Assembly: GCA_035575515.1 (NCBI GenBank)
Contig: DATLXU010000127.1
Location: forward strand, 97,356 to 161,355
Length of the DNA stretch: 64,000 bases
DNA from: Blastocatellia bacterium
GTDB lineage: Bacteria; Acidobacteriota; Blastocatellia; UBA7656
Reading direction: 5' to 3'
In this document: piece by piece, positions 1 to 10,400 of the stretch
How positions within the stretch are numbered: position 1 is the stretch's first letter
Layout of the letters: every line of letters begins with the position of its first letter
The notes under the pieces: generated by a model
The model's database searches: none
What the model saw: only the letters and a program-made list of their open reading frames with translations
Told to the model about the DNA's origin: nothing
Made by a program: the position numbers and the translations under genes

Positions 1-528
1 TCCGACCGTGTGTGTGCCGGGCATATAACCTGCGCGCGTGCTCGACGTTGGCACTTCGCGGTTGTATTCAGCTTCGACTATTCGCTTCAAAAAAATCGCC
101 GTGCCCGACGGCGCGTCCTTCTTGAATTTGTGATGAGCTTCTTCAATGAACGGATCGTGCGACTGAAAGCGGCTGAACAAGCGAGCGGCGCACTCGACTA
201 TCTTGAACATCAGGTTCACGCCGATGGAAAAGTTCGAGCCGTAAACGAACCCGATCTCGCTTTCATTAACGATGCGGCGAGCTTCATCAATCCGGTCGTA
301 CCAGCCCGTTGTGCCGACAACCATCGAAACGCCCGCAGCCGCCGCTTTCCGAATGTTCTCAATTACTGCCGCAGGCTCTGAAAAATCTATGCACACGTCG
401 GCGTCGCTCAACTCTCCGCGCGAGCCTGCAACAGGATCAATCACGCAGACAACTTCCATCGCGTCGCGCTGAGCCGCCTGCTCAACCATATGCCCCATCT
501 TTCCGTAGCCGAGTAAAGCGATTTTCAT
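1..528 (-). CDS. dapB: 4-hydroxy-tetrahydrodipicolinate reductase, C-terminally truncated by window edge
   Basis: Reverse-strand translation from ATG at 528 gives MKIALLGYGKMGHMVEQAA...VGTTGW..., the DapB N-terminal Rossmann motif and core; the ORF runs off the window start. Confidence 0.8.
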   Translation of the reverse strand, partial: MKIALLGYGKMGHMVEQAAQRDAMEVVCVIDPVAGSRGELSDADVCIDFSEPAAVIENIRKAAAAGVSMVVGTTGWYDRIDEARRIVNESEIGFVYGSNFSIGVNLMFKIVECAARLFSRFQSHDPFIEEAHHKFKKDAPSGTAIFLKRIVEAEYNREVPTSSTRAGYMPGTHTVG

Positions 529-530
529 AA

Positions 531-612
531 TCAGGGGTCGGGGGTCAGGGGTCGGGGTCAGGGCAAGGTGAATTGCATCAGTGCAAATCCCCTGACCCCT
601 GATTCCTGACCA
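531..612. repeat. Intergenic imperfect palindrome built from tandem heptamers (caggggt)n ... (cccctga)n
   Basis: caggggtcgggggtcaggggtcggggtcaggg ... cccctgacccctgattcctgacc; the arms are reverse complements. Confidence 0.7.
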
Positions 613-616
613 CTGT

Positions 617-1174
617 TCAAAACACGCATTCAGTATTGACGGCGAGCCGTTGTACTTCGGCGCGCGTCGGCTGATAGATTATCGTTTCAAGGCCGTCATC
701 CGAGCGGCGCAGTTGATAAGCCACGCCTGCGCTGCTCACGAAATAATAATAGCTTCGGCTCATCTCTTCCGTGCATCGCTTGAAATCAGCCGCGAGCTTC
801 AAATCAGCGCGCGACATCACAGCATCGGGTTTGAAATAGATCGTGAATACTTTGCCGACCATCGAGCGAGGCGCGCGGTAAATCTTCGCAAGGCTCGGCG
901 TGAGGTACGAGAAAGTGACTTCGCCGTCTTCGACCTTGAACGGCCCGACAGGCGTCTCTTCTTCGTAGCCAAGCTCGATGCCTAAGGCTTGCGCCACGTC
1001 AGCCGCCGTCGAGCGCAGCGGCGTGATGCCTCGCCATGAATTCCTGCTCGCTGCGGCCTTCGGTCTCGCCGGACGAGCTGCCTGAGACGGAACGATTATT
1101 AAAAACAACCCGACCATTGCAATCATTCGGGCCGCGTTTGTGTTGTTTCGCAGTATCGTTGGAATAAAACTCAT
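617..1174 (-). CDS. Hypothetical secreted protein
   Basis: 185-aa ORF with an N-terminal hydrophobic signal-like segment (MIAMVGLFLIIVPSQAA); no recognisable family. Confidence 0.45.
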   Translation of the reverse strand: MSFIPTILRNNTNAARMIAMVGLFLIIVPSQAARPARPKAAASRNSWRGITPLRSTAADVAQALGIELGYEEETPVGPFKVEDGEVTFSYLTPSLAKIYRAPRSMVGKVFTIYFKPDAVMSRADLKLAADFKRCTEEMSRSYYYFVSSAGVAYQLRRSDDGLETIIYQPTRAEVQRLAVNTECVF

Positions 1175-1284
1175 CGCGTCAACCAGAGAACAAAAATAAG
1201 GAGCAACCCTCCAATAATCGGGAACAAACTTATAATCAAAATCCAGATTGCTTCCTGCTTGAAAGAGAATTGCGTAATCTCCAT
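1171..1284 (-). CDS. Possible small single-TM membrane protein
   Basis: 37-aa reading MEITQFSFKQEAIWILIISLFPIIGGLLLIFVLWLTR within the 64-aa ORF, lying between lysC and the upstream gene. Confidence 0.25.
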   Translation of the reverse strand: MEITQFSFKQEAIWILIISLFPIIGGLLLIFVLWLTR

Positions 1285-1321
1285 GCTCTCATCTTCGCGC
1301 CGCGCCTTGCAAGCAGCTTCT

Positions 1322-2725
1322 TTATTCAAACACCTGCGGGTCGAGTTGATTGAAGAAAACTTCATGCAACCGCGCTATCACGCTTCCGACTTCGCCTTCG
1401 CTGACCACAAGATTCAAAGTGATTGGCGACGACCCGTGCAGTATCAGGCCGGGACGGATTTCTTCTATCGCCTGAAAGACTCGGCTCGCAAGTCGCGCAT
1501 CGGTCGGAAGCTGCTCGCCTACGAGCGACACAATGGCCTTGCCCGATTCCGCATTCACGGTTGCGAATGCGGAAATCTCTTCGATTAAATCGCGCTCGCG
1601 GCCATCCACAAGCTCGCGCGAATCAACTGCGAGCGCGACGCTCGAAGCCGAAACAGCCGTGATGAGCGGGCGCACACGTTTTCGCGCAAGCGCGTTGAGC
1701 AGCGTCTTTAGAAAATCTTCCGGCGATACGGCGTGGCCGCTGGCGGCAATCGTTTCACCTTTCACGTTGAAAACGGTCACGGGCCGCTTGTACGCGATGG
1801 ATTTAATAATATTGCTAGATGCAGGCGCGCTTGCGCTGATAAATGTGCCGGTCGCGGCGGGCTGCTTTGAATTATAAATATGAACGGGGATATTTTTTCG
1901 CGCCGCCGGATGAATCGCTTTCGGATGAAGCACCTTCGCGCCGAAGTAAGTCAAATCGGCTGCTTCAGCAAATGTGCAAACCTTAACAGTTCGCGCGCCC
2001 GCGAAAATCTTCGGGTCGCAGGTCATAAGTCCCGAAACGTCTTTCCAGATTTGAATGTCGCTGGCGTCAAGAGCCGCACCGACTATCGCGGCTGTGTAGT
2101 CCGAGCCTTCAAATCCGAGCGTCGTCGTAGCATTTTCGCGCGTCGAGCCGATGAAGCCTTGAAGCACGGCCACCGCGCCGTTCTCCGTGATGGGCGGGAT
2201 GGCTTCTTGCAGGTTGCGGTTCGTGATTTCAAAAAGAGGCGACGCGCCGCCGAATCGGTCATCGGTCTTAATCAACTGCCGCGCGTCCATCAGTCGCGCC
2301 GCAATGCCGCGCTCGATGAGCGCGGCAGTCACGATTGCAGATGAAAGCAATTCGCCGTAAGAGAGAATTTTATCGAGCCCTCGCGGTGGCACTTCGCCGA
2401 GGATAGCTAATCCTTCGAGCAGTTTTTTCAGCTCATCGAAATGGCGTTCGATGAAGCCGAAGACTTCGCGCTCCTGTGTATTTTTGACGAGCCTGCGCGC
2501 TTCGCTTGTATGGCGAGTCTTCAGGTCGGCGACGATTGAAAGCGTCGTTCGACTATCGCCCGCAGCCGAAGCTTCAGCGGCTTGAAGCAGCTTGCGCGTG
2601 GTCTTGCCCATTGCAGACACTACGACAATTGGCCGCAGCTCTAACCGCTCGCGGATAATCTCAGCCACGCGCTCAATGGATGCGGCGTCTTCAACAGAAG
2701 TGCCGCCGAATTTCATCACAATCAT
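1322..2725 (-). CDS. lysC: Aspartate kinase
   Basis: N-terminus MKFGGTSV, a kinase core and C-terminal ACT-like repeats; co-directional with asd and dapB. Confidence 0.9.
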   Translation of the reverse strand: MIVMKFGGTSVEDAASIERVAEIIRERLELRPIVVVSAMGKTTRKLLQAAEASAAGDSRTTLSIVADLKTRHTSEARRLVKNTQEREVFGFIERHFDELKKLLEGLAILGEVPPRGLDKILSYGELLSSAIVTAALIERGIAARLMDARQLIKTDDRFGGASPLFEITNRNLQEAIPPITENGAVAVLQGFIGSTRENATTTLGFEGSDYTAAIVGAALDASDIQIWKDVSGLMTCDPKIFAGARTVKVCTFAEAADLTYFGAKVLHPKAIHPAARKNIPVHIYNSKQPAATGTFISASAPASSNIIKSIAYKRPVTVFNVKGETIAASGHAVSPEDFLKTLLNALARKRVRPLITAVSASSVALAVDSRELVDGRERDLIEEISAFATVNAESGKAIVSLVGEQLPTDARLASRVFQAIEEIRPGLILHGSSPITLNLVVSEGEVGSVIARLHEVFFNQLDPQVFE

Positions 2726-2730
2726 AATTC

Positions 2731-2836
2731 AGTAGGCAGTAGGCAGTAGGCAGTTAGTAGTTGAGTTTCAGTTGCTACAATCCCTTTGAATGAACACGGC
2801 GTACGTCGCAGCTATTAACTGCCTACCGCCTACTGA
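2731..2836. repeat. Intergenic heptamer-repeat palindrome (agtaggc)3 ... (gcctacc)(gcctact)
   Basis: agtaggcagtaggcagtaggcag ... ctgcctaccgcctact between lysC start and asd stop; the right arm overlaps the asd stop codon. Confidence 0.7.
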
Positions 2837-3879
2837 TTCAAGTATCCTTGAACCTTCATCAACTCGGCGTTGAGTATGGCCGCGCCCGCAGCGCCGCGAA
2901 TCGTGTTGTGCGAAAGCACTACGAAGCGAACGTCAAAAACAGGGCATTCACGAATGCGGCCAATTACTGCGCTCATGCCGTTGCCAGCGTCGCGGTCAAA
3001 GCGAGGCTGCGGGCGGTCGCGCTCGCTCATCACTACGACTGGACGCTCAGGCGCGAACGGCAGCTTTAATTCTTGCGGAAGCGACTTGAAATTTGAAAGT
3101 GTTTGCGCGACTTCATCCGGCGACGGCTTCTTTTCAAACTCTACCGACACGCATTCCATGTGACCGTCTTCGACAAAGACGCGATTCGTGTGCGCGCTTA
3201 TTTTGCAATTGGCAAATCGAATATGACCGCCTTCGAGCGCGCCCATGATTTTGCGCGGCTCATCTTCGAGCTTATCCTCTTCGCTGCTGATGTAGGGGAT
3301 GACATTGCCGAGCATGTCAATCGCCGCAGGTCCCGGATAGCCCGCGCCCGACAGCGCCTGCATCGTCGTGACGATTGCTCGCGTGACTCTGAATGCGCGA
3401 TGAAGCGGCGCGAGCGCCATCACGAGTCCTACGGTCGAGCAGTTCGGATTCGTCACAATCGCGCCCGACCACCCGCGCCGCTCGCGTTGCGTCTTAATCA
3501 AGCCAAGATGATCGGGATTGATTTCTGGCACGAGCAGCGGCACATCTTCATCCATTCGATGATTCTTTGAGTTGCTCAAGACGATGTAGCCCGCGCGCGC
3601 GAAGTTCTCTTCGACCTCGCCCGCGACTGATGAATCAAGCCCTGAAAAAACGACGTGGCAATCAAGGTTCGGCTCACACGGCTTCACCATTTTGTCTTTG
3701 ACCGATTCAGGAATCGGCGTGTACTGCCGCCAGATTGTAGCGTCTTTATAAGGTTTGCCCGCCGAGCGGTCCGACGCCGCGAGTTCAGTCAGCTCGAACC
3801 ATGGATGACCATCAAGCAACTTGACGAATTTCTGCCCGACCGCGCCCGTCGCGCCCAATACTCCGACTGGAATCTTCAC
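2830..3879 (-). CDS. asd: Aspartate-semialdehyde dehydrogenase
   Basis: MKIPVGVLGATGAVGQKF NAD-binding N-terminus, active-site Cys region (NPNCSTV) and a C-terminal dimerisation domain. Confidence 0.9.
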   Translation of the reverse strand: MKIPVGVLGATGAVGQKFVKLLDGHPWFELTELAASDRSAGKPYKDATIWRQYTPIPESVKDKMVKPCEPNLDCHVVFSGLDSSVAGEVEENFARAGYIVLSNSKNHRMDEDVPLLVPEINPDHLGLIKTQRERRGWSGAIVTNPNCSTVGLVMALAPLHRAFRVTRAIVTTMQALSGAGYPGPAAIDMLGNVIPYISSEEDKLEDEPRKIMGALEGGHIRFANCKISAHTNRVFVEDGHMECVSVEFEKKPSPDEVAQTLSNFKSLPQELKLPFAPERPVVVMSERDRPQPRFDRDAGNGMSAVIGRIRECPVFDVRFVVLSHNTIRGAAGAAILNAELMKVQGYLNQ

Positions 3880-4937
3880 GATAATGACATCCTTTCTTTC
3901 AATCTCATCGTCATATTCACGTAAGCGTCAACTGCTTCTGCCAACTCTCTCTTTGAGATTTTCTCATGCGGAGTGTGCGCGTCAAGTATCGAGCCGGGAC
4001 CGAACAGCAAAGGTTTTCCCCAGTTCGTCAAAAGCGGAATGTCGGTCGTGAACGCGACTACGCCTGTTTCAAATCCTTCGAGCGGTTCTGCGAATACCGC
4101 GTCACACGCGAACGTGTATTGCACATCAACACGCCCGCCAACTATCTCTTCAATGATGCGCTTGAGCGAGTCGGCGTCCGTGACCACGCGAAACATCAAC
4201 TCGGCTTCGGCGTCGGCGGGGATGACGTTTGCGGCCACGCCGCCTTTAATCACGCCGATATTCATCGTGGTTTCGCCGAGCGTTGAATCAACAGGCAACT
4301 TGGCGCGGCGAAGGTCTGCCAGAACGTCGAGCAGTTTATCAATCGCCGATTCGCCCATGTGCGGGTAGGCCGAATGCGCCGCGCGGCCCGTCGCCTTGAA
4401 AACGGCTCTGAGAGCCCCTTTCGAGCCGAGCGCCAATTTCGATTCCGTAGGCTCGCCGTTAATCAGATAGCGTGAGCGGTTCGGGATTTTGCTGGCCGCG
4501 CGTGCGCCGGGACTGCCTGCTTCTTCGCCTACGACGAATAACAATCCAATGTCGGTGACGTTTGATGCAATCAGTTTTTCGGCGGCTTTAATCATCGCGG
4601 CGATGATGCCTTTAGCGTCGCACGCGCCGCGCCCATAGATGAACTGGTCGTCTTCACTGAACTCGACGTAGGGCGGAACGGTGTCGGTGTGAGACGAAAG
4701 CACAACATCAGGCTCACCGTGCCGCGCATAAACGTTTGGCCGATTCGGCTCGGCATCTTGAAGCTCAACTTCAAAGCCTGCGCTCGTCAGGTAGTCGGCA
4801 AGAAAATCGGCGACATTTTTTTCGTCGCCGCTCGTTGATGGTATGGAGATTAAATGCGTGGTTAATTCGAGTACATCCATGCTGAACTCACGTGGGTCTG
4901 TTCTAGACAGTTTTATATGAAGGCGCTTGCCGAACAT
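3876..4937 (-). CDS. M20-family metallopeptidase (DapE/ArgE-like deacylase); true start may be the internal Met near 4880
   Basis: LISIPSTSGDE, HTDTVP and GRGACDAKG motifs typical of the M20 ArgE/DapE family; sits in the lysine-pathway neighbourhood. Confidence 0.7.
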   Translation of the reverse strand: MFGKRLHIKLSRTDPREFSMDVLELTTHLISIPSTSGDEKNVADFLADYLTSAGFEVELQDAEPNRPNVYARHGEPDVVLSSHTDTVPPYVEFSEDDQFIYGRGACDAKGIIAAMIKAAEKLIASNVTDIGLLFVVGEEAGSPGARAASKIPNRSRYLINGEPTESKLALGSKGALRAVFKATGRAAHSAYPHMGESAIDKLLDVLADLRRAKLPVDSTLGETTMNIGVIKGGVAANVIPADAEAELMFRVVTDADSLKRIIEEIVGGRVDVQYTFACDAVFAEPLEGFETGVVAFTTDIPLLTNWGKPLLFGPGSILDAHTPHEKISKRELAEAVDAYVNMTMRLKERMSLS

Positions 4938-4994
4938 TCAAAGGCAAGCGCGGGCGGATATTATCTTTCATCTACGTGAAGGCGGCCTCCCTCT

Positions 4995-5912
4995 CTAACA
5001 ACAACTATGGATATCTCTTTTTTTATAATCGCCCGGCTTCAGAATTTTTATACGGAGCATTCTCCTATCGCTGCCCGATTCAAGTGTTGCCTCTATATCT
5101 TCAGGTTTCAAATCTGAATACCGGCGAAGCTCTCTCGCCCAATCACGATAACGTTGAGCAAGGAACTCAGCGCCGTTTGAGCGTAGTCTTTCCGATACCT
5201 GCTCGCTCCATTGATCTTCCTTCGTAATCATCGAGCCTTGATTCAGGCTGAAGGCGAGGTCTTCGGCTTCACGTTGCGAGAATGACCCCATGATGCGCCC
5301 TTCGTCTTCTATTCGCGCTTGGATCGTAGCAATTGATCGCACTTCGTTGTTTAAGACTATAGCTAAGGAATCTCCTATGCGCGCGCCCGTGATTTCGGCA
5401 AACCTTTTGCCCCCATCAGGTGTTAGCGTAAAAGCTATCTCATAATTCGAGCCGCCATATTGCGTAGCTCTCGCGCTCGCATTGCGCATATCGAGTCCGG
5501 TCAGGGCAGAATTCTTTTCAAGAATAACCCATCCGCTCTGGCCGTTGCGCTCGTGGTAAGTAAAGACTTCGTACTTGTCAGACCCTAGCTGATTGAGTTC
5601 AGCCTGCGCAGCTTCTTTCGTTGGAAACGTGCCGGCGCCTTTGGCTTGCAGTCTAATCTCCAGCTTGAATTCGGGTCTCAGTGCGCCTCTGTTCTCTTTG
5701 GCTATCTTGACGAGGTTCAGGAAGAAATCTTTCAGTTCGGTCGAGTCTTGCGACTTTGCATTATTCTGCTTACCGGCTTGAGGGCTTAGTTCCACTGTTT
5801 TGGAGCAGGCTGCTGCGAATACAGGCAATAAAAGAATCAAGCTGAGGTGCACCGCACTTCGTTTCACTTGGCCTCTCTTTTGTGAAGATAATCCGATGCC
5901 ATTATTCGACAC
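4995..5912 (-). CDS. Lipoprotein with a SecD/SecF P1-like periplasmic domain and no membrane domain
   Basis: Lipobox LLLPVFAAAC; the C-terminal half (LAIVLNNEVRSIATIQARIEDEGRIMGSFSQREAEDLAFSL) resembles the SecD P1 base (AIVLDG.V.SAP.I...I.G.FT..EA..LA). Confidence 0.5.
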   Translation of the reverse strand: MSNNGIGLSSQKRGQVKRSAVHLSLILLLPVFAAACSKTVELSPQAGKQNNAKSQDSTELKDFFLNLVKIAKENRGALRPEFKLEIRLQAKGAGTFPTKEAAQAELNQLGSDKYEVFTYHERNGQSGWVILEKNSALTGLDMRNASARATQYGGSNYEIAFTLTPDGGKRFAEITGARIGDSLAIVLNNEVRSIATIQARIEDEGRIMGSFSQREAEDLAFSLNQGSMITKEDQWSEQVSERLRSNGAEFLAQRYRDWARELRRYSDLKPEDIEATLESGSDRRMLRIKILKPGDYKKRDIHSCC

Positions 5913-6522
5913 TCAGAGCATCCAGCGCCGCTTCAATCGGTTGCTTGTTGCCATTGTTTGTTACTGCCCGATAAGGTTCGTAGCAGACGCGGCAGCGGGC
6001 TTCATAAGTGTTGTCGCCAATCTCAATCTGTGAATCGCCGCCCGCAACCCTCTGCGTGTAGTGCGCAAGCCCTCCGCATCGGACGCATATCGCGTGCATC
6101 TTCGAGACGTATTCAGCGACGGCAAGCAACTGGGGCATCGGGCCGAAAGGCCGCCGCAGATAATCCTGATCGAGTCCTGCTGCGATGACTCGCACGCCCG
6201 CGTCCGCCAATTCCATGCAGAGATCAACTATCCCGTCGTCGAAGAACTGAGCTTCGTCAATGCCGAGCACCTTCACGCCGAACGTAATGTTCGCGCGAAG
6301 CTCCGACGAGTTCTTTACGGCTATCGCGTCCATGCCGCGATTGTCGCGTGATATGACTCGCTTCAAATCGAAGCGGTTGTCAATTGCAGGTTTGAATAAT
6401 TGCGTGCGCTGGCGAGCAATTTCGGCGCGGCGTATGCGGCGAATCAATTCTTCGCTCTTGCCGCTGAACATCCCGCCTGTGATTACTTCTATCCATCCCC
6501 CTCTGGGGCTGTGTCCATCCAT
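5902..6522 (-). CDS. tdk: Thymidine kinase
   Basis: P-loop GGMFSGKSEEL, GIDEAQFF, and a C-terminal zinc ribbon CVRCG...CRVCY. Confidence 0.9.
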   Translation of the reverse strand: MDGHSPRGGWIEVITGGMFSGKSEELIRRIRRAEIARQRTQLFKPAIDNRFDLKRVISRDNRGMDAIAVKNSSELRANITFGVKVLGIDEAQFFDDGIVDLCMELADAGVRVIAAGLDQDYLRRPFGPMPQLLAVAEYVSKMHAICVRCGGLAHYTQRVAGGDSQIEIGDNTYEARCRVCYEPYRAVTNNGNKQPIEAALDALSVE

Positions 6523-6540
6523 GATTCTCCTTCGTCGGAT

Positions 6541-6650
6541 GTCGGGTGCCGGGTGAGAATAGCCATCGCCTTGAAATCGGCTTTGGCAGCTAGTTTCAGG
6601 GTAGCAACCATTGTTTCCCTGACCCCCGGCCCCTGACCCCTAGTTCAGTT
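6541..6650. repeat. Intergenic heptamer-repeat palindrome (gtcgggt gccgggt ... ccctgac ccccggc ccctgac)
   Basis: Same ggggtca/tgacccc sequence subfamily as the element at 531-612. Confidence 0.55.
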
Positions 6651-7227
6651 TCGCTTGCAGTCTCCTGAAGGCCTTAATTGCGAGCGCGTAATTCGGGTTC
6701 AAATCAATCGCCGCTTTGTATTCGCGGAGCGCGTCAAACAATCTGCCTTGCGCTTCATAAATCCTGCCGAGATTGAAGTGCGGATAAAAATAGCACTCGT
6801 AGCGCGGAGCGTCCATCGCTCGCTTAAGCCAGTTGATTGCGCCGTAGAGATCCCCTTTTTCAATCAGGTACGCGCCGATGTCGTTATAGGGGTTGCCGAA
6901 ATCCGGATCAACTTCAATCGCGCGGTGGCACTCCTCAATCGCTTCGTCGGTCAATCCCATGAAGCTGTATGTCCATCCTAAAAACGTATGCGCTTCGGCG
7001 GTCGGGTAAACGGCGATTGATTCACGGTAAAGGTCAGCCGCTTCATCAAGCTCGCCGCGCATCTGCGCTTCGTAAGCCTGCTTGAAGTATTCAAGAGCCT
7101 CGCGCTTGCGCGCAGCTTCTTCTTCGGTCAGGTATTCCGCTCGCCCGAAGGGCATATCGCCTATGCCAGTGTCTAGCGCGACGAGCGTTTTATTCTCGCT
7201 CTGCTTTGTTTCTGTCCTCTCGGCCAT
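6640..7227 (-). CDS. TPR-repeat protein
   Basis: Multiple 34-aa TPR-like repeats (AYEAQ..., AIEVDPDFGNPYN..., ALREYKAAIDLNPNYA). Confidence 0.75.
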   Translation of the reverse strand: MAERTETKQSENKTLVALDTGIGDMPFGRAEYLTEEEAARKREALEYFKQAYEAQMRGELDEAADLYRESIAVYPTAEAHTFLGWTYSFMGLTDEAIEECHRAIEVDPDFGNPYNDIGAYLIEKGDLYGAINWLKRAMDAPRYECYFYPHFNLGRIYEAQGRLFDALREYKAAIDLNPNYALAIKAFRRLQAKLN

Positions 7228-7323
7228 GTTTTCTAGCTGTCAGCAATCATCGGTCAGCTTTCAGCATAGCAGAAGCGTTGCGCGGCTCGGAAGTCGGCTG
7301 ATTGCGGAACGCTGATAGCTGAT

Positions 7324-9057
7324 TCAATACCCGATTGCCATCCCATCTTTGCGCGGGTCCGACGCGCCTGCGAGCATCCCCGTCGCCGGATCAATCATAA
7401 TCGCCTGACCGCCACCCATCGAAAGCGACCTATCGCTCATTCGCTCGTGACCTTTTTCAATCAATCGCTTGATGACCGCGTCACCCATCGCATCTTCCAT
7501 TATAACTCGCCTGCCGCTCACAAAACGAAATCGAGGCGCTTCAATCGCCTGCTGCAGATTCATCTTCAAATCAATCAGGTTCACAAGCACCTGCGTGTGG
7601 CCCTGCGGCTGGATGCCTCCGCCCATCACGCCGAACGACATGAAAAGTTTTCCGTCACGGAATACCATCGCCGGAATGATTGTATGAAAAGGTCGTTTGC
7701 CCGGCTCAAGCCTGTTGGGATGATTTGGATCGAGCGAGAATCCCGCGCCGCGATCATGAAGCACAATGCCCGTATCGCCCGCGACTATGCCTGAGCCGAA
7801 TGATTCGTAAAGGCTGTTGATGAACGAGACGGCGTTTCGGTCCTTATCAACGACGGTGAAATAAGTCGTGTCGCTGTGATTCGGAACAAGGCCCGGCTCG
7901 GCTTCGTCCATCGCGCGGTCAGAGTTGATGAGCTTGCGCCGCTCGGCTGCATATTGTTTCGAGAGCAGCTCGGCGACGGGAACCTTTGCGAAAGCCGGAT
8001 CAGCAATGTAGCGGTTGCGGTCTGCGAACGCCAGCTTCATCGCTTCGATCATCGTGTGATAATAAAGCTCAGGCTGCGCAGCCATCTTTGCAATATCAAA
8101 GCCTTCAAGGATGTTCAATGCTATCAGCGCCGCGAGTCCTTGCCCGTTCGGCGGGCATTCGTAAACCGTGTAGCCGCGATAGTCGGTTGAAATCGGCTCG
8201 ACCCACTCGGATCTGTGCTCAGCGAAATCCTGCATCGAAAGGAAGCCGCCGTTCTTCTGGCAGTAATCAACGATGGCGCGGGCGATCTCGCCTTTGTAGA
8301 AAGCATCGCGCCCGCCGCGAGCAAGCACACGAAAAGTGCGCGCGAGATTTTTCTGGCGGAAAACTTCGCCAGCGCGCGGCGCGCGTCCGTCAATCAAATA
8401 ATTCGCCGCAGCGGCAGGAGTCTTCTTGAGCTTATCAACTTCTGCGGCCCAATCCGCTGCGGCTTTTTCCATCACGGGAAAGCCGTTCTCGGCGTACTCG
8501 ATTGCGGGCTGAAGCAGGTCGCTCAATTTCATCGTGCCGTATTTTTCCAGCAGCGTCACCCATCCGTCGAATGCGCCGGGCACGGTGATTGGTTCCATGC
8601 CTGTGATCGGCATCTGTTTGATGCCGCGCTTTTTGAAATAGTCGAGCGTGAGCGCGCGAGGCGCTCGCCCGCTGGCGTTCAATGCTTTTAGCTCTTTCGT
8701 CTTCGACCAGTAGACGAGCATGAAAGCATCGCCGCCGATGCCTGTCATCATCGGCTCGGTGACGTTCAGCATCGCAGCCATCGCGATTGATGCATCAACG
8801 GCATTGCCGCCGCGCTTTAAGATTTCAAGCCCCACCTGTGAAGCGAGCGGCTGGCTCGACGCAACCATCCCGTGCTCGGCGCGCACGATTGAGCGGCCTG
8901 CTTTGACCCGCGCGGCAAGAGGCTTGTCGTCAGACGATTCGAGATGTGCTTCAACGCGGCGCAATTGCAGATTCATCATCAGCATTATAATCGCGAGCGC
9001 GATTGACAGGCTTGTGCGAGCGGCGTTTCGATTGAGCGATTTTCTGATATACGACAT
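7324..9057 (-). CDS. ggt: Gamma-glutamyltranspeptidase
   Basis: Signal peptide plus the catalytic Thr region TTYFTVVD and GGGIQ..GHTQV motifs of the GGT family. Confidence 0.9.
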   Translation of the reverse strand: MSYIRKSLNRNAARTSLSIALAIIMLMMNLQLRRVEAHLESSDDKPLAARVKAGRSIVRAEHGMVASSQPLASQVGLEILKRGGNAVDASIAMAAMLNVTEPMMTGIGGDAFMLVYWSKTKELKALNASGRAPRALTLDYFKKRGIKQMPITGMEPITVPGAFDGWVTLLEKYGTMKLSDLLQPAIEYAENGFPVMEKAAADWAAEVDKLKKTPAAAANYLIDGRAPRAGEVFRQKNLARTFRVLARGGRDAFYKGEIARAIVDYCQKNGGFLSMQDFAEHRSEWVEPISTDYRGYTVYECPPNGQGLAALIALNILEGFDIAKMAAQPELYYHTMIEAMKLAFADRNRYIADPAFAKVPVAELLSKQYAAERRKLINSDRAMDEAEPGLVPNHSDTTYFTVVDKDRNAVSFINSLYESFGSGIVAGDTGIVLHDRGAGFSLDPNHPNRLEPGKRPFHTIIPAMVFRDGKLFMSFGVMGGGIQPQGHTQVLVNLIDLKMNLQQAIEAPRFRFVSGRRVIMEDAMGDAVIKRLIEKGHERMSDRSLSMGGGQAIMIDPATGMLAGASDPRKDGMAIGY

Positions 9058-9188
9058 AGCGATTCACCTGCTTTGCGATTGGCTCCCGGTGAGATGATTT
9101 TACCGAAGCGCGATTATCGCACGATTATCTGAGGTGTCAACCGGATTGCGTCGGCTCGCTATGTTCACCTCTGCGCCCTCGTCGTATA

Positions 9189-10400
9189 ATGCAGACTATG
9201 CGAGCGGTAAAGGAGCAGAAGAGCAAAGCCGGATACATCATAGCGACGCTCTCAATCGCAGCCGCGACCGCCGCGCTTAAATTGTTCGGCAGCCATATCA
9301 ATTCAACAACAGTCGCGCTCGCGCTGCTGTTGATTGTTCTGTTCGTTGCAACTCGATGGGGATCGCGCCCCGCCGTCGTCGCTTCATTGCTCAGCATGGT
9401 TTGCTTCAACTATTTCTTCCTTCCGCCGGTGGGCACGTTGACCATAGCGACGCCCGACAACTGGGTTGCGCTCGCCGCGTTCTTAATCACCGCCGTCACC
9501 GCCGGAGAGCTTTCGGCTCGCGCAAGGCGGCGCGCCGAAGAGGCCGAAGCCGGACGGCGCGAGATCGAGCGTTTATACAGTGAGCTTCAAGACGCATTCG
9601 AGCGCGCAAGCTATGCGGAAGCTCTCAAACGTAGCGAGCGGTTGAAATCGGCTTTGTTAGACGCCGTGACGCATGACATTCGCACGCCGCTCACTTCCAT
9701 CAAAGCGTCCGTTACGACACTGCTCGACGAGTTGCGCGCAATGACAGGTGAAGCGGTCGCGCTCGACGCGGAAGGCCGCAGAGAGATGCTTGAAATAATT
9801 AACGAGGAAGCGGATCGGTTGAATCGTTTTGTCGAAAACCTTCTGGAGCTTGCGCGCATAGAAGCAGGCGAGATGCATCTCAGGCGCAGGTGGGGAGCGA
9901 TTGACGAGATAGTGCTTGCGGCGCTTGAGCGAGCCGAGCCGCTCACACGCCGTCACCGGATTGAAGCGGCTGTCGAGAACGAATTGCCGCTGGCGCGCGT
10001 TGACGGGCGAGCCGTTGCTGAAGTCCTTTATACTCTCATTGACAACGCCGCGAAGTATTCTCCGGCGGGCACGCGCATACGGGTTACGGCCAGTCGAGTT
10101 GATGAGAAGCTATTGCAGCTGTCGGTTGAAGATGAAGGGCCGGGCATTCCCGTTGAGATGCGCGAGCGCGCCTTCGATAAATTCTTTCGCGCAATGCGTG
10201 ACGGCGACTCAGGCGCGGGCCGCGCTTCGGGCGTAGGGATGGGACTGGCAATTGCGCGAGGCATTATCGAGGCGCACGGTGGGCGCATCTGGATTGAAGA
10301 TGGAGAGAACGGGCGCGGGACTCGCGTCGCGTTCACGTTGCCGGTGGGCAATGAAGAAGAAATTGCTCTGGAAGAATTGAAGCAGATCAGCTCCCGATGA
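9189..10400 (+). CDS. kdpD: KdpD C-terminal half: four-TM domain plus HisKA/HATPase sensor kinase; no KdpD N-terminal or Usp domain
   Basis: N-terminal TM bundle typical of the KdpD membrane domain, then H-box THDIRTPL and N/G boxes (GTRVAFTLP); adjacent to kdpE. Confidence 0.75.
   Translation: MQTMRAVKEQKSKAGYIIATLSIAAATAALKLFGSHINSTTVALALLLIVLFVATRWGSRPAVVASLLSMVCFNYFFLPPVGTLTIATPDNWVALAAFLITAVTAGELSARARRRAEEAEAGRREIERLYSELQDAFERASYAEALKRSERLKSALLDAVTHDIRTPLTSIKASVTTLLDELRAMTGEAVALDAEGRREMLEIINEEADRLNRFVENLLELARIEAGEMHLRRRWGAIDEIVLAALERAEPLTRRHRIEAAVENELPLARVDGRAVAEVLYTLIDNAAKYSPAGTRIRVTASRVDEKLLQLSVEDEGPGIPVEMRERAFDKFFRAMRDGDSGAGRASGVGMGLAIARGIIEAHGGRIWIEDGENGRGTRVAFTLPVGNEEEIALEELKQISSR

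Noticed and set aside
10-530. Plus-strand ORFs 10..381, 272..472 and 309..530
   Set aside because: They overlap the minus-strand dapB reading frame, which has a clear MKIALLGYGKMG signature. They are typical antisense ORFs in high-GC DNA.
1259-2344. Plus-strand ORFs antisense to lysC (1259..1588, 1423..1662, 1533..1877, 1880..2344)
   Set aside because: Arg/Ala-rich translations with no motifs, lying fully inside the well-supported aspartate kinase gene.
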